Virus record (IMG/VR): IMGVR_UViG_3300044852_000047
Coordinates: 1-64,000 of that record
Length of the DNA stretch: 64,000 nucleotides
Source of the DNA: a virus
Lineage: Duplodnaviria; Caudoviricetes
Reading direction: 5' to 3' (one strand)
Made by a program: the position numbers and the translations under genes. This document shows, in pieces, positions 28,154 to 37,126 of the stretch. Position 1 is the first letter of the stretch. Each line of letters opens with the position of its first letter. The notes beneath the pieces are model-generated. The model saw only the letters and a program-made list of their open reading frames with translations, ran no database searches and was not told the DNA's origin.

Positions 28154-28346
28154 CTTGTTCTGTTGCGTGCGGTAAGGCGTACAGCGTAATCACTTGATCC
28201 GCCTTGACCGTGTAAACCTTTACATCCGACACCAGCGTGTTATTTAAACAACTGCACAGTTGCAGGGCTTTACTAAGCCCGGACACTTGCGTGTGCACAA
28301 ATTCGCCACTGGTGTTGTCCATGTACTGAAGAAACAAACTGCTCAT
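28140..28346 (-). CDS. Small early protein
   Basis: Start MSSLFL in TAATG overlap. Confidence 0.55.
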   Translation of the reverse strand: MSSLFLQYMDNTSGEFVHTQVSGLSKALQLCSCLNNTLVSDVKVYTVKADQVITLYALPHATEQVVPA

Positions 28347-28438
28347 TACTTCTTGCTCCGGTATTCGATATAAGTAATCAGGGCCATGGCACTGAAAACG
28401 ATGCACAGCGCTTGCAATAACAAAGTTTCCAGTGTCAT
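28346..28438 (-). CDS. 30-aa single-TM peptide (not in track)
   Basis: MTLETLLLQALCIVFSAMALITYIEYRSKK*; AGGGG upstream; TAATG coupling. Confidence 0.55.
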   Translation of the reverse strand: MTLETLLLQALCIVFSAMALITYIEYRSKK

Positions 28439-28460
28439 GGGATTACCCCTTCAAGTTGTT

Positions 28461-28493
28461 AAAGAACAACAGGCCAGCCCGAAGGCCAGCCTG
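28461..28493 (-). terminator. Terminator after gp2
   Basis: Minus strand CAGGCTGGCC-TTCG-GGCTGGCCTG-TTGTTCTTT. Confidence 0.75.
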
Positions 28494-28509
28494 TGAGTTT
28501 CGGAGTAAC

Positions 28510-28806
28510 TTAGCCGAGGGCCAGTTGATTCTCCGCTTCAGAACGCACGGCGTTAAACGACAACGACAACTTGCTGGTCAGGCCATTCAACCGACCTTCA
28601 CGGGTGGGTTCTTCCGACAACCACGCCAACAGTTGTTTGTGAATCGGGTCCGACTCTTTCAGGGGCACACTCACCAGCCGAACTTTGTCGCCGGCCGCGG
28701 TGGGAATGGAGATGTTGATAAAGCCCTTGGCCTTCTCCCATTCACCCTGAGTGTCGCTGTTACGGGTACCGCGGGTAGTTGCTTTGTCGCCGTTTTTAAT
28801 TGCCAT
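28510..28806 (-). CDS. N4 gp2 / Drc-like ssDNA-binding RNAP II cofactor
   Basis: W.KAKGFIN..IP...G...L..VPL.ES....QLL.WL pattern; early location. Confidence 0.7.
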   Translation of the reverse strand: MAIKNGDKATTRGTRNSDTQGEWEKAKGFINISIPTAAGDKVRLVSVPLKESDPIHKQLLAWLSEEPTREGRLNGLTSKLSLSFNAVRSEAENQLALG

Positions 28807-28874
28807 GAGATGTCTCTCCAATGTGAACTTGGTGTACTGGGTTAGTTGGATTGCAAGCGTGCACAGGCCCTTGC

Positions 28875-28894
28875 CCTTGCGCGCCCGCAGGGCG
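28875..28894 (-). promoter_or_regulatory. Putative vRNAP hairpin promoter P3
   Basis: Template (+) strand CC-N10 with CGCCC-GCA-GGGCG hairpin, upstream of gp2. Confidence 0.7.
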
Positions 28895-28921
28895 TTACGG
28901 TGTTACAGGTGGAACGAGGTG

Positions 28922-29116
28922 TTACAACCAACCACCGGACGGGGTTAGTTCATTGCTGAAGGAATCCAGCAACTTAACGTCGCGCATCACTTGTTTGCCG
29001 TGCGCGCATTGAATACGCACATGGTCAATCGCATGACTGGTGTTGCGTGCCGCGAATTCTTGCTCATGCACTACACCGGACTCGTCGGTGAAGAACAGCG
29101 TGTAGAAGTAGCTCAT
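28922..29116 (-). CDS. Small early protein
   Basis: AGGAG RBS. Confidence 0.65.
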   Translation of the reverse strand: MSYFYTLFFTDESGVVHEQEFAARNTSHAIDHVRIQCAHGKQVMRDVKLLDSFSNELTPSGGWL

Positions 29117-29119
29117 GAC

Positions 29120-29362
29120 TCACTCCTTGAATGGTTTGGTGATTGGCAGACCACTGCCAATCAGTTGTTGGGCAATGGCCTGGGTATCAATGGGTAAACC
29201 CAATCCCCGCAGTTCGTGGAGGATCTCCTTGACCGTCAACCGACTCTGTACCCCATTGGCCACGATCTTGTAGATACGCGCCGCTTGCTCGCACTCTGCA
29301 CACACACCTTCGGGTGTTTCGCCATGCTTGGAACAGGTGAAGTAATCATCAACAGAAGCCAT
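29120..29362 (-). CDS. Small early protein with Zn-binding motif
   Basis: C.KHG...C..C. Confidence 0.6.
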   Translation of the reverse strand: MASVDDYFTCSKHGETPEGVCAECEQAARIYKIVANGVQSRLTVKEILHELRGLGLPIDTQAIAQQLIGSGLPITKPFKE

Positions 29363-29396
29363 TGAGAAGTTCTCCAGACAAGTGGGGTGAGTCAGT

Positions 29397-29417
29397 CCCA
29401 CCGTGTCCGCAGGACGC
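29397..29417 (-). promoter_or_regulatory. Putative vRNAP hairpin promoter P2
   Basis: CC-N10 with GTCC-GCA-GGAC hairpin. Confidence 0.7.
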
Positions 29418-29906
29418 TGGCTAGAGGGCGCGCATAGTATCGGGTGAATATCGGTTCAGCTAATAGACAGGAAAGGAAAGAGACGGACGGTCAAAGTTTT
29501 AGGGGGAAGTTTCTATAACTTCAATAACCCAGTGTTTCACTCCAAAACCCCTCTCATTCTCTCCCTAGCAGCGCCTGTGCTGTTTTGTCCTCCTTTAAGG
29601 AGTACGCCAAGGCGTGGGAATTAATAACTCTTACATGGACTTACAGAGGCTCGGTTATCTTTTACATGAACAGAGTTCTGGTACACATTGGGTACCGGGT
29701 ACGCGTGCGCGTATCGCAGGTGTGCACTCAGCGCTATCCACTGCGTGCAGTTCTTTAGTCTATTTGGGTCACAGGTGACAGACGGATTAAGGGTGTGGGT
29801 TATCCGCCAAGGCGGAGGTACTGTCGTTCCCACTCCCTTGGTAATCCTACTGTCCCTGCTGTGTGCTCTTGCTGTGTGCTGTTTGTGTGCTGTTAAAAGG
29901 GCAAGC

Positions 29907-29926
29907 CCTAACCCCGAAGGATTAGG
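29907..29926 (-). terminator. UUCG-capped hairpin / possible terminator
   Basis: Minus strand CCTAATCC-TTCG-GGGTTAGG. Confidence 0.55.
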
Positions 29927-30065
29927 ACTGGCGATCTTGCATGATGAGTGCTTTGGTCAGGCAGACCAGGCGACGACGATTGGTGCGGGCACAAGGATAG
30001 GGTTGCTCCTCGTAGCAAGTAAGGAAACTGAACAAGTCTTTGAAGCAGCCATGATTGATGCGCAT
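29922..30065 (-). CDS. 47-aa early protein (not in track)
   Basis: GGAG RBS; MRINHGCFKDLFSFLTCYEE...QDRQS*. Confidence 0.6.
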   Translation of the reverse strand: MRINHGCFKDLFSFLTCYEEQPYPCARTNRRRLVCLTKALIMQDRQS

Positions 30066-30117
30066 GTGATTCTCCAGCAGTACCCACCCTGAAGGGCAGG
30101 CACTTAGTTAGGGTTGA

Positions 30118-30393
30118 TTAAGCAGCAGACGCAGGAGCAACAAGTTTGCCCGAGGCCGCGATGTCCGCAGACGCCTCACGCTCGATACCACGAATGGTCG
30201 AAGCCAAGTTGGCAGTGGACTTGACGCTGAGTTCTTGCAGCATGGCATTACGCTCGATACGCGCTTTGTCATTGAAGGAACGAGCTTCTTCCTCGGTCCA
30301 TGTAGCGATTTCATTGAACGCATTGGCGATCTTCTCAGTAGCACCGAAGAACACAGTGATAGCTGCGAACAGTTGCTTGAACATCTTGAACAT
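30118..30393 (-). CDS. N4 gp1-like first early protein
   Basis: MFKMFKQLFAAITVFF N-terminus; first gene after P1. Confidence 0.7.
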   Translation of the reverse strand: MFKMFKQLFAAITVFFGATEKIANAFNEIATWTEEEARSFNDKARIERNAMLQELSVKSTANLASTIRGIEREASADIAASGKLVAPASAA

Positions 30394-30447
30394 GGGTAGT
30401 ACTCCAGAGTGTATGAGGTAGATGTAAGCCATGGTGTACCGCCATAG

Positions 30448-30466
30448 CCATCCGCCGCCGCAGGCG
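30448..30466 (-). promoter_or_regulatory. Putative vRNAP hairpin promoter P1
   Basis: CC-N10 with CGCC-GCA-GGCG hairpin. Confidence 0.7.
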
Positions 30467-30479
30467 TAGTACTAGGGTG

Positions 30480-30720
30480 GGGTGGGTAGGTCAGGAATTC
30501 TTAGGTACTCAAGCACCCGGGGGGGTATCCGGTTAGTTGATGCCCGAACCCAGAAGCCCTGCATTCACCTTGCCATGTGCAAAATTTTAAAAAGTTTTCC
30601 CCTTTCCTGAAAGTTTCGGCGGTCCACTCTTTACCCTAACTCCCACTCCGCACTTTTTAATTACCCACAAAAAATTTTATAAGTTCTGTTACTCTGCGGC
30701 GATACACACCCGCGGTACTA
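30480..30720. other. Probable virion genome-end / terminal repeat region
   Basis: Non-coding divergence point between gp1 and terS with G run and A/T tracts; N4-like genomes end here (inference from synteny). Confidence 0.45.
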
Positions 30721-30724
30721 ACCA

Positions 30725-31525
30725 ATGACTAACAGCGTGCCCAGTACTTCTCCATTGGCTTCTCCACAGGCGGCTATTGCTGCACTGGCGCTAACTGTTC
30801 CTGTTGTTCCAGTAGTGCCTGTAGTTGCCTCTCCGCCGACTGTCGCTGAACTTACGATCAATCAGTTCAAGCAACTGTTGCCAGACAAGGTGAAGCGTTC
30901 GATCAATCAGCAGTTGATTGACCAGGTGACCGCGCTGTTGTCTGACCCGGACATGTTCGAGAATTACCGGGACAACTTGCTGGGCTACACCCGGGTTATG
31001 GCCGACGGCCGTTTCAAGATCGAAGACTATGTCTCGGCAGTGAAGTACGTCAGCCACAAGTTGAAGGGTGACAGTAACTTAGAGGCGTATATCCGCACCT
31101 TCCCGGATCGCTATAACGGGTTCGTGGCGCGGGGGGTGCAGAGCAAGGACATTGCCAGTTACGTCACCAGTTACAACAAGAACAAGTTGGTCAACCTGAT
31201 CTATGAACAGACCCTGGTGCCCGACTATGTATTGAACGCCGACATCCGGCAGAAGGCGATTAACCAGCTGGCCACGTTGATGATGACGGCCACGAGCGAG
31301 AAGGTGCAGAGCGACAGTGCCAATGCCCTATTGACCCACCTCAAGGTGCCGGAGGCGACCAAGATCCAGCTGGACATTGGTATCAGTGAAGGCAGTGCGA
31401 TCGCCGCGTTGCGCGAAACCACCCTGGCCCTGGCAGCGCAGCAGCGCCTGATGTTGCAGGCTGGGCAAATGAACGCCAAGGAAGTCGCCGAGAGTGGCTT
31501 GCTGATCGAACAGGACGCCGACTGA
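30725..31525 (+). CDS. Putative terminase small subunit (N4 gp69-like)
   Basis: Y..AVKYVS.KL.G.SN..AY..TFP.RY...YNKNKLVN.I.EQ motif; precedes terL. Confidence 0.85.
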   Translation: MTNSVPSTSPLASPQAAIAALALTVPVVPVVPVVASPPTVAELTINQFKQLLPDKVKRSINQQLIDQVTALLSDPDMFENYRDNLLGYTRVMADGRFKIEDYVSAVKYVSHKLKGDSNLEAYIRTFPDRYNGFVARGVQSKDIASYVTSYNKNKLVNLIYEQTLVPDYVLNADIRQKAINQLATLMMTATSEKVQSDSANALLTHLKVPEATKIQLDIGISEGSAIAALRETTLALAAQQRLMLQAGQMNAKEVAESGLLIEQDAD

Positions 31526-33147
31526 TGACTGACCTGGCCATGCACGCAAACCTGGAGTTGACGCCGCTGGCCAAGGGTGTGGATGACTGGCTGAACGAGG
31601 TGACCTACAGCCTCGACCTGGGCTACGTGCCGAGCCTGTTTGCGCTGGAGTTCGTCAACTTCATCAAGATGGTCAACGGTGGCAAGGGGGAAGAGAACAA
31701 GACCCCTGTGCTGCACTACCGCATGCTCGACCAGGTGGGCTCCGGCGAAACCCGGATCACCAACATGGTGTTCCGGGGCGCGGCCAAGACCACGATCATG
31801 GGTGAGTACCTGTTCCTGTACATCGGGTGTTTCGGTGCACTGCCTGGGTTCGGCACGATCGAGCTGGCGCTGTACGTCTCGGACAGTATCGAGAACGGCG
31901 TGAAGAACATGCGCAAGAACCTGGAGTACCGCTGGGAGAACAGTGCGTTCCTCAAGGAGTACATCCCGGACACGCGCTTCACCGACGTGCGCTGGGAGTT
32001 CAGGAACAAGGACGGCAACGTGTTCGTGGTCAAGGGCTACGGCGCCAAGACCGGGGTCCGGGGTTCCAAGGAGATGGGCGTGCGCCCGCGCTTGGCAGTG
32101 CTCGACGACTTGCTCAGCGATGATGACGCCCGTTCGCCGGTGGTGATCGCGGCCATCGAGGACACCGTGTACAAGGCGATCGATTACGCCCTGCACCCGA
32201 CGCGCAACATGATCATCTGGTCCGGCACACCGTTCAACGCCAAGGACCCGCTGTACAAGGCAGTGGAATCCGGGGCGTGGAAGGTTAACGTGTACCCAGT
32301 ATGCGAGCAGTTTCCGTGTGCCGAGGAGGATTTCAAGCCGGCGTGGGGTGACCGCTTCACTTACGCCTACGTGAAGAAGAAATACGACGACTCGGTGAAG
32401 TCCGGCAAGCTCGAGACCTTCAACCAGGAGCTGATGCTGCGCATCATGTCGGACGAGGACCGGCTGATTCAGAACCATGAGATCGGCTGGTACAAGATAA
32501 ACAACGTGTTGAGCAACAAGAACCGCTTCAACTTCTACATCACCACCGACTTTGCCACGTCGGTGAGTCAGGCGAGCGACTTCTCGGTGATCTCGGTGTG
32601 GGCCTACAACAACAACCGTGACTGGTTGTGGGTGGACGGTATCTGCAAGCGACAAGACATGGCGGCGAACATCAATGACCTGTTCCGCCTGGCCCAGATG
32701 TATAAGCCATTGAGTGTAGGAGTAGAGGTATCGGGCCAGCAGGGCGGGTTTATTCCCTGGATTCAGGAGCAGATGCAGCTACGCAACGTGTATTTCTCAT
32801 TGGCTTCCGACCAGAACAGCAACAAGCCGGGGATTCGCCCCAGCACCAACAAGTTGCAGCGCTTCAACACCGTGGTGCCACTGTTCAAGTTGCACAAGAT
32901 CTTCTTTCCGGTGGAAAAACGCTCGAATCCAACAATGGCCGAGATGCTCAATGAAGTGACCTTGGCTTCGGCCAGTGGTTTCCGCTCGAAGAAGGACGAC
33001 TTTATCGACACCATCTCCATGTTGGGCCTGATGCCGGCCTGGGCACCGAGTGAAGATGCCCCGATCGATTACAACAGTGAGACGGGTATGTGGGAAATGG
33101 AAGACAATGTCCAAGTCCAGAGCCGAATCAGTAGTTACGTCGTGTGA
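31525..33147 (+). CDS. terL: Terminase large subunit (N4 gp68-like)
   Basis: FRGAAKTT, LAVLDD, ITTDFA, KKDDFIDTISML. Confidence 0.95.
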   Translation: MTDLAMHANLELTPLAKGVDDWLNEVTYSLDLGYVPSLFALEFVNFIKMVNGGKGEENKTPVLHYRMLDQVGSGETRITNMVFRGAAKTTIMGEYLFLYIGCFGALPGFGTIELALYVSDSIENGVKNMRKNLEYRWENSAFLKEYIPDTRFTDVRWEFRNKDGNVFVVKGYGAKTGVRGSKEMGVRPRLAVLDDLLSDDDARSPVVIAAIEDTVYKAIDYALHPTRNMIIWSGTPFNAKDPLYKAVESGAWKVNVYPVCEQFPCAEEDFKPAWGDRFTYAYVKKKYDDSVKSGKLETFNQELMLRIMSDEDRLIQNHEIGWYKINNVLSNKNRFNFYITTDFATSVSQASDFSVISVWAYNNNRDWLWVDGICKRQDMAANINDLFRLAQMYKPLSVGVEVSGQQGGFIPWIQEQMQLRNVYFSLASDQNSNKPGIRPSTNKLQRFNTVVPLFKLHKIFFPVEKRSNPTMAEMLNEVTLASASGFRSKKDDFIDTISMLGLMPAWAPSEDAPIDYNSETGMWEMEDNVQVQSRISSYVV

Positions 33148-33155
33148 GGTAAGCC

Positions 33156-33875
33156 ATGAAGTTGACGGAAGTCTTTGCCCAACTCTCTTATGGGGAGTTG
33201 AGTTCGTTAAAACTGGGGAGTAGTGCCCCGGGAACTGTAGATCCGAGTAACTACGCGAAGATTCTGTCGCATGTGAACCTGGGACTGACCGAATTACACA
33301 AGCGTTTCCTGTTAAAGGTCGGGACCTTGACCCTTAACATGGTGGACGGGCAGTCACTGTACCCGTTGAAGTCGCTGTATCAGATCGGTAACCGCGAAGG
33401 CGCCCGCTTTACCCAGTATATTCAAGCCAGTCCGGTGTTTGCCGACGACTTGATCAAGGTTGAGCAGGTCTTCACTGAACTTAACCTGGAACTGGGACTG
33501 AATGACGCGAGTAACTGGCGCAGTGTAAGCACACCAAGTTACAACGTGCTGCAAGTATCGCCGGATGTGGTCAAGGAGTTGAAGTTACAGACCCTGCGTG
33601 TGGTGTATCGGGCCAATCACCCGCTCATTGTTAAGGAGGACGGGTACTTTGACTTGGATTCGGTAGAGGTGGACTTGCCGTACACGCACTTGAGTGCGCT
33701 GCTGTTGTTTATTGCCAGCCGACTGCACAACCCCGTGGGGTTTAATACTGTAATGCACGAGGGTAACAATTACGCTAGCAAGTTCGAGCACGAGTGTGCT
33801 TTACTGAATGAACAGAACTTGCGAGTGGACGTCGTGGCACACAATACCAAGGCGTCACAAAAGGGTTTTGGTTGA
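33156..33875 (+). CDS. Head-tail adaptor / virion protein (N4 gp67-like)
   Basis: QLSYGELS, VNLGLTELHKRF; follows terL. Confidence 0.8.
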   Translation: MKLTEVFAQLSYGELSSLKLGSSAPGTVDPSNYAKILSHVNLGLTELHKRFLLKVGTLTLNMVDGQSLYPLKSLYQIGNREGARFTQYIQASPVFADDLIKVEQVFTELNLELGLNDASNWRSVSTPSYNVLQVSPDVVKELKLQTLRVVYRANHPLIVKEDGYFDLDSVEVDLPYTHLSALLLFIASRLHNPVGFNTVMHEGNNYASKFEHECALLNEQNLRVDVVAHNTKASQKGFG

Positions 33876-33895
33876 TCGGGCAGGTCAGTAGAACG

Positions 33896-33919
33896 AGGGT
33901 CCCTAAAGGGACCCTTTTT
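33896..33919. terminator. Terminator between convergent genes
   Basis: AGGGTCCC-TAAA-GGGACCCT-TTTT. Confidence 0.8.
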
Positions 33920-33931
33920 CTTGCGTGCTAG

Positions 33932-34399
33932 TTACAGGCGGATCAGCCAGTCGGTGGCCAACATATCCGTTTGACTCGGTACCCAAGCCACGCGAGCCCC
34001 TTCCGGGTATGGCCGACTGTTGACCGGGTAACTCAGACGCAAGTACGGCAGATCCACACCGTGTGCCGGGATGTAATCCACCCACATGCCCGCGCCATTC
34101 CAGCCGCTGCGCTGCATACGCTTGCCGGCCTTCAGGTACTCCAGGGCATGGCCAAAGCCAACGCCCGAATTGATGCCCTCATAGGCATTATCGAACTGTG
34201 CCTTCGGTGACCAGGAGAGGTAGCCCTCATGGTTTGGGTGGTTGGGTTTACCCCCGTCCAGGTACTCGACTAGGTAACCCAAATCTTCCCCGTCCTCATC
34301 ACCGGGCAGTTCCCAGCCACGGTATTGGTTGTATTGCAGGCGATTCATAGCAGTCGCTAGTACACGTTTGGTGCCAATAAACTCAGACAATTGTTCCAT
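33932..34399 (-). CDS. Two-domain protein with C-terminal DUF2829 (Tad2-like) domain
   Basis: FGHALEYLKAGKR..RSGWNG.GMWV...W.PSQTDMLATDW. Confidence 0.8.
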   Translation of the reverse strand: MEQLSEFIGTKRVLATAMNRLQYNQYRGWELPGDEDGEDLGYLVEYLDGGKPNHPNHEGYLSWSPKAQFDNAYEGINSGVGFGHALEYLKAGKRMQRSGWNGAGMWVDYIPAHGVDLPYLRLSYPVNSRPYPEGARVAWVPSQTDMLATDWLIRL

Positions 34400-34427
34400 C
34401 GATTACTCCTTGGTTTAGTTGTGTAAA

Positions 34428-34850
34428 TTACTTTCCGGTACTTCCGAAACCACCCGCGCCGCGTGTAGTTTTCGTCAACGATTCAACGGTAATAAGTTCC
34501 GGGGTACTGATCTGCACTAGGACAAACTGCAAGACCCGTTCGCCTTTGGCCCAGCAGAACGGATTACCGTTCTTGGTGCGTAATGTGGCCATCCACTCCC
34601 CGGTGTAGTCGTGATCAATCACACCACAGGTGTTATTCAACTCCAGGCTGAACTTGGCCCCGGCGCCCGAGCGCGGTAATAACAAGGCGACATGGCCGGC
34701 CGGTACTTGCGCTGCAAACCCCAAGTTGAACTTGATGGTTTCGCGTTCGCCTAGTTTTCCAGCCGTTGGCATGTAGATGTCATAACCGCCGGCAAACTCG
34801 GTACTGCGACTTGGGCAAATGAAATCTGCATGTAAGGGTTGAATATTCAT
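34428..34850 (-). CDS. dut: Trimeric dUTPase
   Basis: GGYDIY, LLPRSG, GVIDHDYTGE, GERVLQ, RGAGGFGSTG. Confidence 0.95.
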   Translation of the reverse strand: MNIQPLHADFICPSRSTEFAGGYDIYMPTAGKLGERETIKFNLGFAAQVPAGHVALLLPRSGAGAKFSLELNNTCGVIDHDYTGEWMATLRTKNGNPFCWAKGERVLQFVLVQISTPELITVESLTKTTRGAGGFGSTGK

Positions 34851-34898
34851 TATGATGCGTCCATTGGTGGGTTAAACAACACAGGTGGTTATACAACT

Positions 34899-37055
34899 AT
34901 GGCTGATACTCTTGGTACGTCGCCGGATAATCGTCCGCGACTAACAGATTGGGCTAAAGAACCCACTCTGATGGAACTCAAGCTGGATTTGGAAGAAGCC
35001 CGATCGAGCCATGTAGCGCGGGTCTCGGAGATTGAACTGTGGCTCGACAATATGCACGTCCGCGGTAAAGCCAAAGTTGACACTGGGGTCGGTAACTCCA
35101 AGGTCGTGCCTAAGTTGATTCGAAAACAAGCAGAGTGGCGGTACTCTTCACTGAGTGACCCGTTTCTCAGTACGCCTAATTTGTTCAAAGTAAAACCCGT
35201 GACTTGGGAAGACCGCGGCGCGGCTGATCAGAACATGATGGTGCTCAACCACCAGTTCAATAACCGGATCAAGAAACAGAAGTTCATCGACGACTACGTG
35301 CGCACCGCCGTGGATGAAGGCACGGTGATTATCAAGGTCGGCTGGGAACACCGGGAAGAGAAGTACAAGGAAACTGTGCCAGTCATCGAACTGACCCAGA
35401 GCCAGGACCCGGCGTACCTACAACAACTGCAACAGTGGATGCAGCTGCAACAGGAAAACCCGGCCGGTTTCAGCGAGCTGCCGCCAGAAGTCCAGCAAGC
35501 GGTAATCGAGTCGGCCAAGGACAGCATCCCATACGTGGGGAAGGTCGTGGGTACCAAGGTCCAGGACGCCGTGCGCGTGCTGAAGAACCAGCCGACGCTG
35601 GAGATCTGCGATTTCCGCAACGTGATCATCGATCCCACCTGCCAGGGTGACATCGACAAGGCTGGTTTCGTGATCCACCGCTTCGAGTCCTCGCTGTCGG
35701 AGCTGAAGGCCGACGGTCGTTACAAGAACCTTGAATTCATTGAAGCAAGTAGCAACTCGCCCTTGGGAGAACCTGATTATGCGTCGGCATCCACTGGCTC
35801 AAAAAACTTCAATTACGCTGACAAAGCCCGTAAAAAGTTTGTTGTTTATGAATATTGGGGATTTCGCGATATTGATAACAGTGGTGTTGTTAGCCCTGTG
35901 CTGGTCACTTGGGTAGGCAACAACTGCATCCGCATGGAAACCAACCCGTTTCCTGACAAGAAAGTCCCGTTTGTGCTGGTGCCGTACATGCCGGTGCGCC
36001 GTGACAGCTATGGCGAGACGGATGGTGCACTGCTCGAGGACAACCAACAGATCATCGGCGCCACCGTGCGCGGCATGATCGACATCATGGCCAAGTCGGC
36101 CAACGGCCAGACCGGTATCCTAAAGGGTGCACTAGATACCACCAATAAACGCCGCTTCGACCGGGGCGAGGACTACGAGATCAATGCACAGGCGGACCCG
36201 CGCAGTGCGATCTTCATGCACACCTTCCCCAACATCCCGCAATCGGCGCAATTCATGCTGCAAATGCAGAACATGGAGGCCGAATCGCTGACCGGGGTGA
36301 AAGCCTTCAACAATGGCATCTCCGGGGAATCCCTCGGGCCGACTGCCGCTGGCGTGCGCGGAGCGCTCGATGCCTCCAGCAAGCGTGAACTGGGGATTCT
36401 GCGTCGACTGTCCAACGGCATGGTCGAAGTAGGGCACAAGCTGATCAGCATGAACGCAGTGTTCCTCTCCGACGTAGAAGTGGTGCGGGTGACCAACGAT
36501 CAGTTCGTGCCGGTACGGCGTGACGACCTGGCTGGGGCTTTCGACCTGGAACTGACCATCACCACCGCCGAGGAAGACAACGCCAAGGCGCAGGAACTGG
36601 CGTTCATGTTGCAAACCATGGGCAATAGCGTGGACTTCGGTATTACCCAGATGGTGCTGGAAGATATTGCTTCGTTGCGCAAGATGCCGGACCTGGCACA
36701 CCGGATCAAAATGTACCAACCGCAACCTGATCCGATGCAACAACAGAAGGCGCAGTTAGAACTTGCCTTGTTACAAGCGCAGATTGCCACCGAACAAGCC
36801 AAGGCTGCTCATTATGGTTCCGGCGCACAATTGCAGGGTGCGAAAATTGGAACTGAACAAGCAAAAGCGCGGCATGTTACCAGTCAGGCGGATCTCACTG
36901 ACTTGAACTTTGTGGAGCAAGAGAGTGGTGTTAAACAGCACCGTGATCTTCAGAAACAAGGGGCGCAAGCACAGGCGCAAGGCCAACTTCAAATCTTGGA
37001 ACATCAACTTGCCATGAAAGAGCAAGCCAAGGCGGAAGTACTTGGTAATAAGTAA
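34899..37055 (+). CDS. Portal protein (N4 gp59-like)
   Basis: PKLIRKQAEWRYSSLSDPFL, DNQQIIGATVRGMID, KAFNNGISG; likely start MADTL. Confidence 0.92.
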   Translation: MADTLGTSPDNRPRLTDWAKEPTLMELKLDLEEARSSHVARVSEIELWLDNMHVRGKAKVDTGVGNSKVVPKLIRKQAEWRYSSLSDPFLSTPNLFKVKPVTWEDRGAADQNMMVLNHQFNNRIKKQKFIDDYVRTAVDEGTVIIKVGWEHREEKYKETVPVIELTQSQDPAYLQQLQQWMQLQQENPAGFSELPPEVQQAVIESAKDSIPYVGKVVGTKVQDAVRVLKNQPTLEICDFRNVIIDPTCQGDIDKAGFVIHRFESSLSELKADGRYKNLEFIEASSNSPLGEPDYASASTGSKNFNYADKARKKFVVYEYWGFRDIDNSGVVSPVLVTWVGNNCIRMETNPFPDKKVPFVLVPYMPVRRDSYGETDGALLEDNQQIIGATVRGMIDIMAKSANGQTGILKGALDTTNKRRFDRGEDYEINAQADPRSAIFMHTFPNIPQSAQFMLQMQNMEAESLTGVKAFNNGISGESLGPTAAGVRGALDASSKRELGILRRLSNGMVEVGHKLISMNAVFLSDVEVVRVTNDQFVPVRRDDLAGAFDLELTITTAEEDNAKAQELAFMLQTMGNSVDFGITQMVLEDIASLRKMPDLAHRIKMYQPQPDPMQQQKAQLELALLQAQIATEQAKAAHYGSGAQLQGAKIGTEQAKARHVTSQADLTDLNFVEQESGVKQHRDLQKQGAQAQAQGQLQILEHQLAMKEQAKAEVLGNK

Positions 37056-37126
37056 TCTTGAACTAACACGGGGCCGCTGATATGGTGGCCCCGTTATTCA
37101 ATTACTTCTCCAAGTGAGTCCATGCC

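Noticed and set aside
29621-29833. 70-aa ORF in the early gap
   Set aside because: No convincing RBS and atypical composition; overlaps palindromic elements
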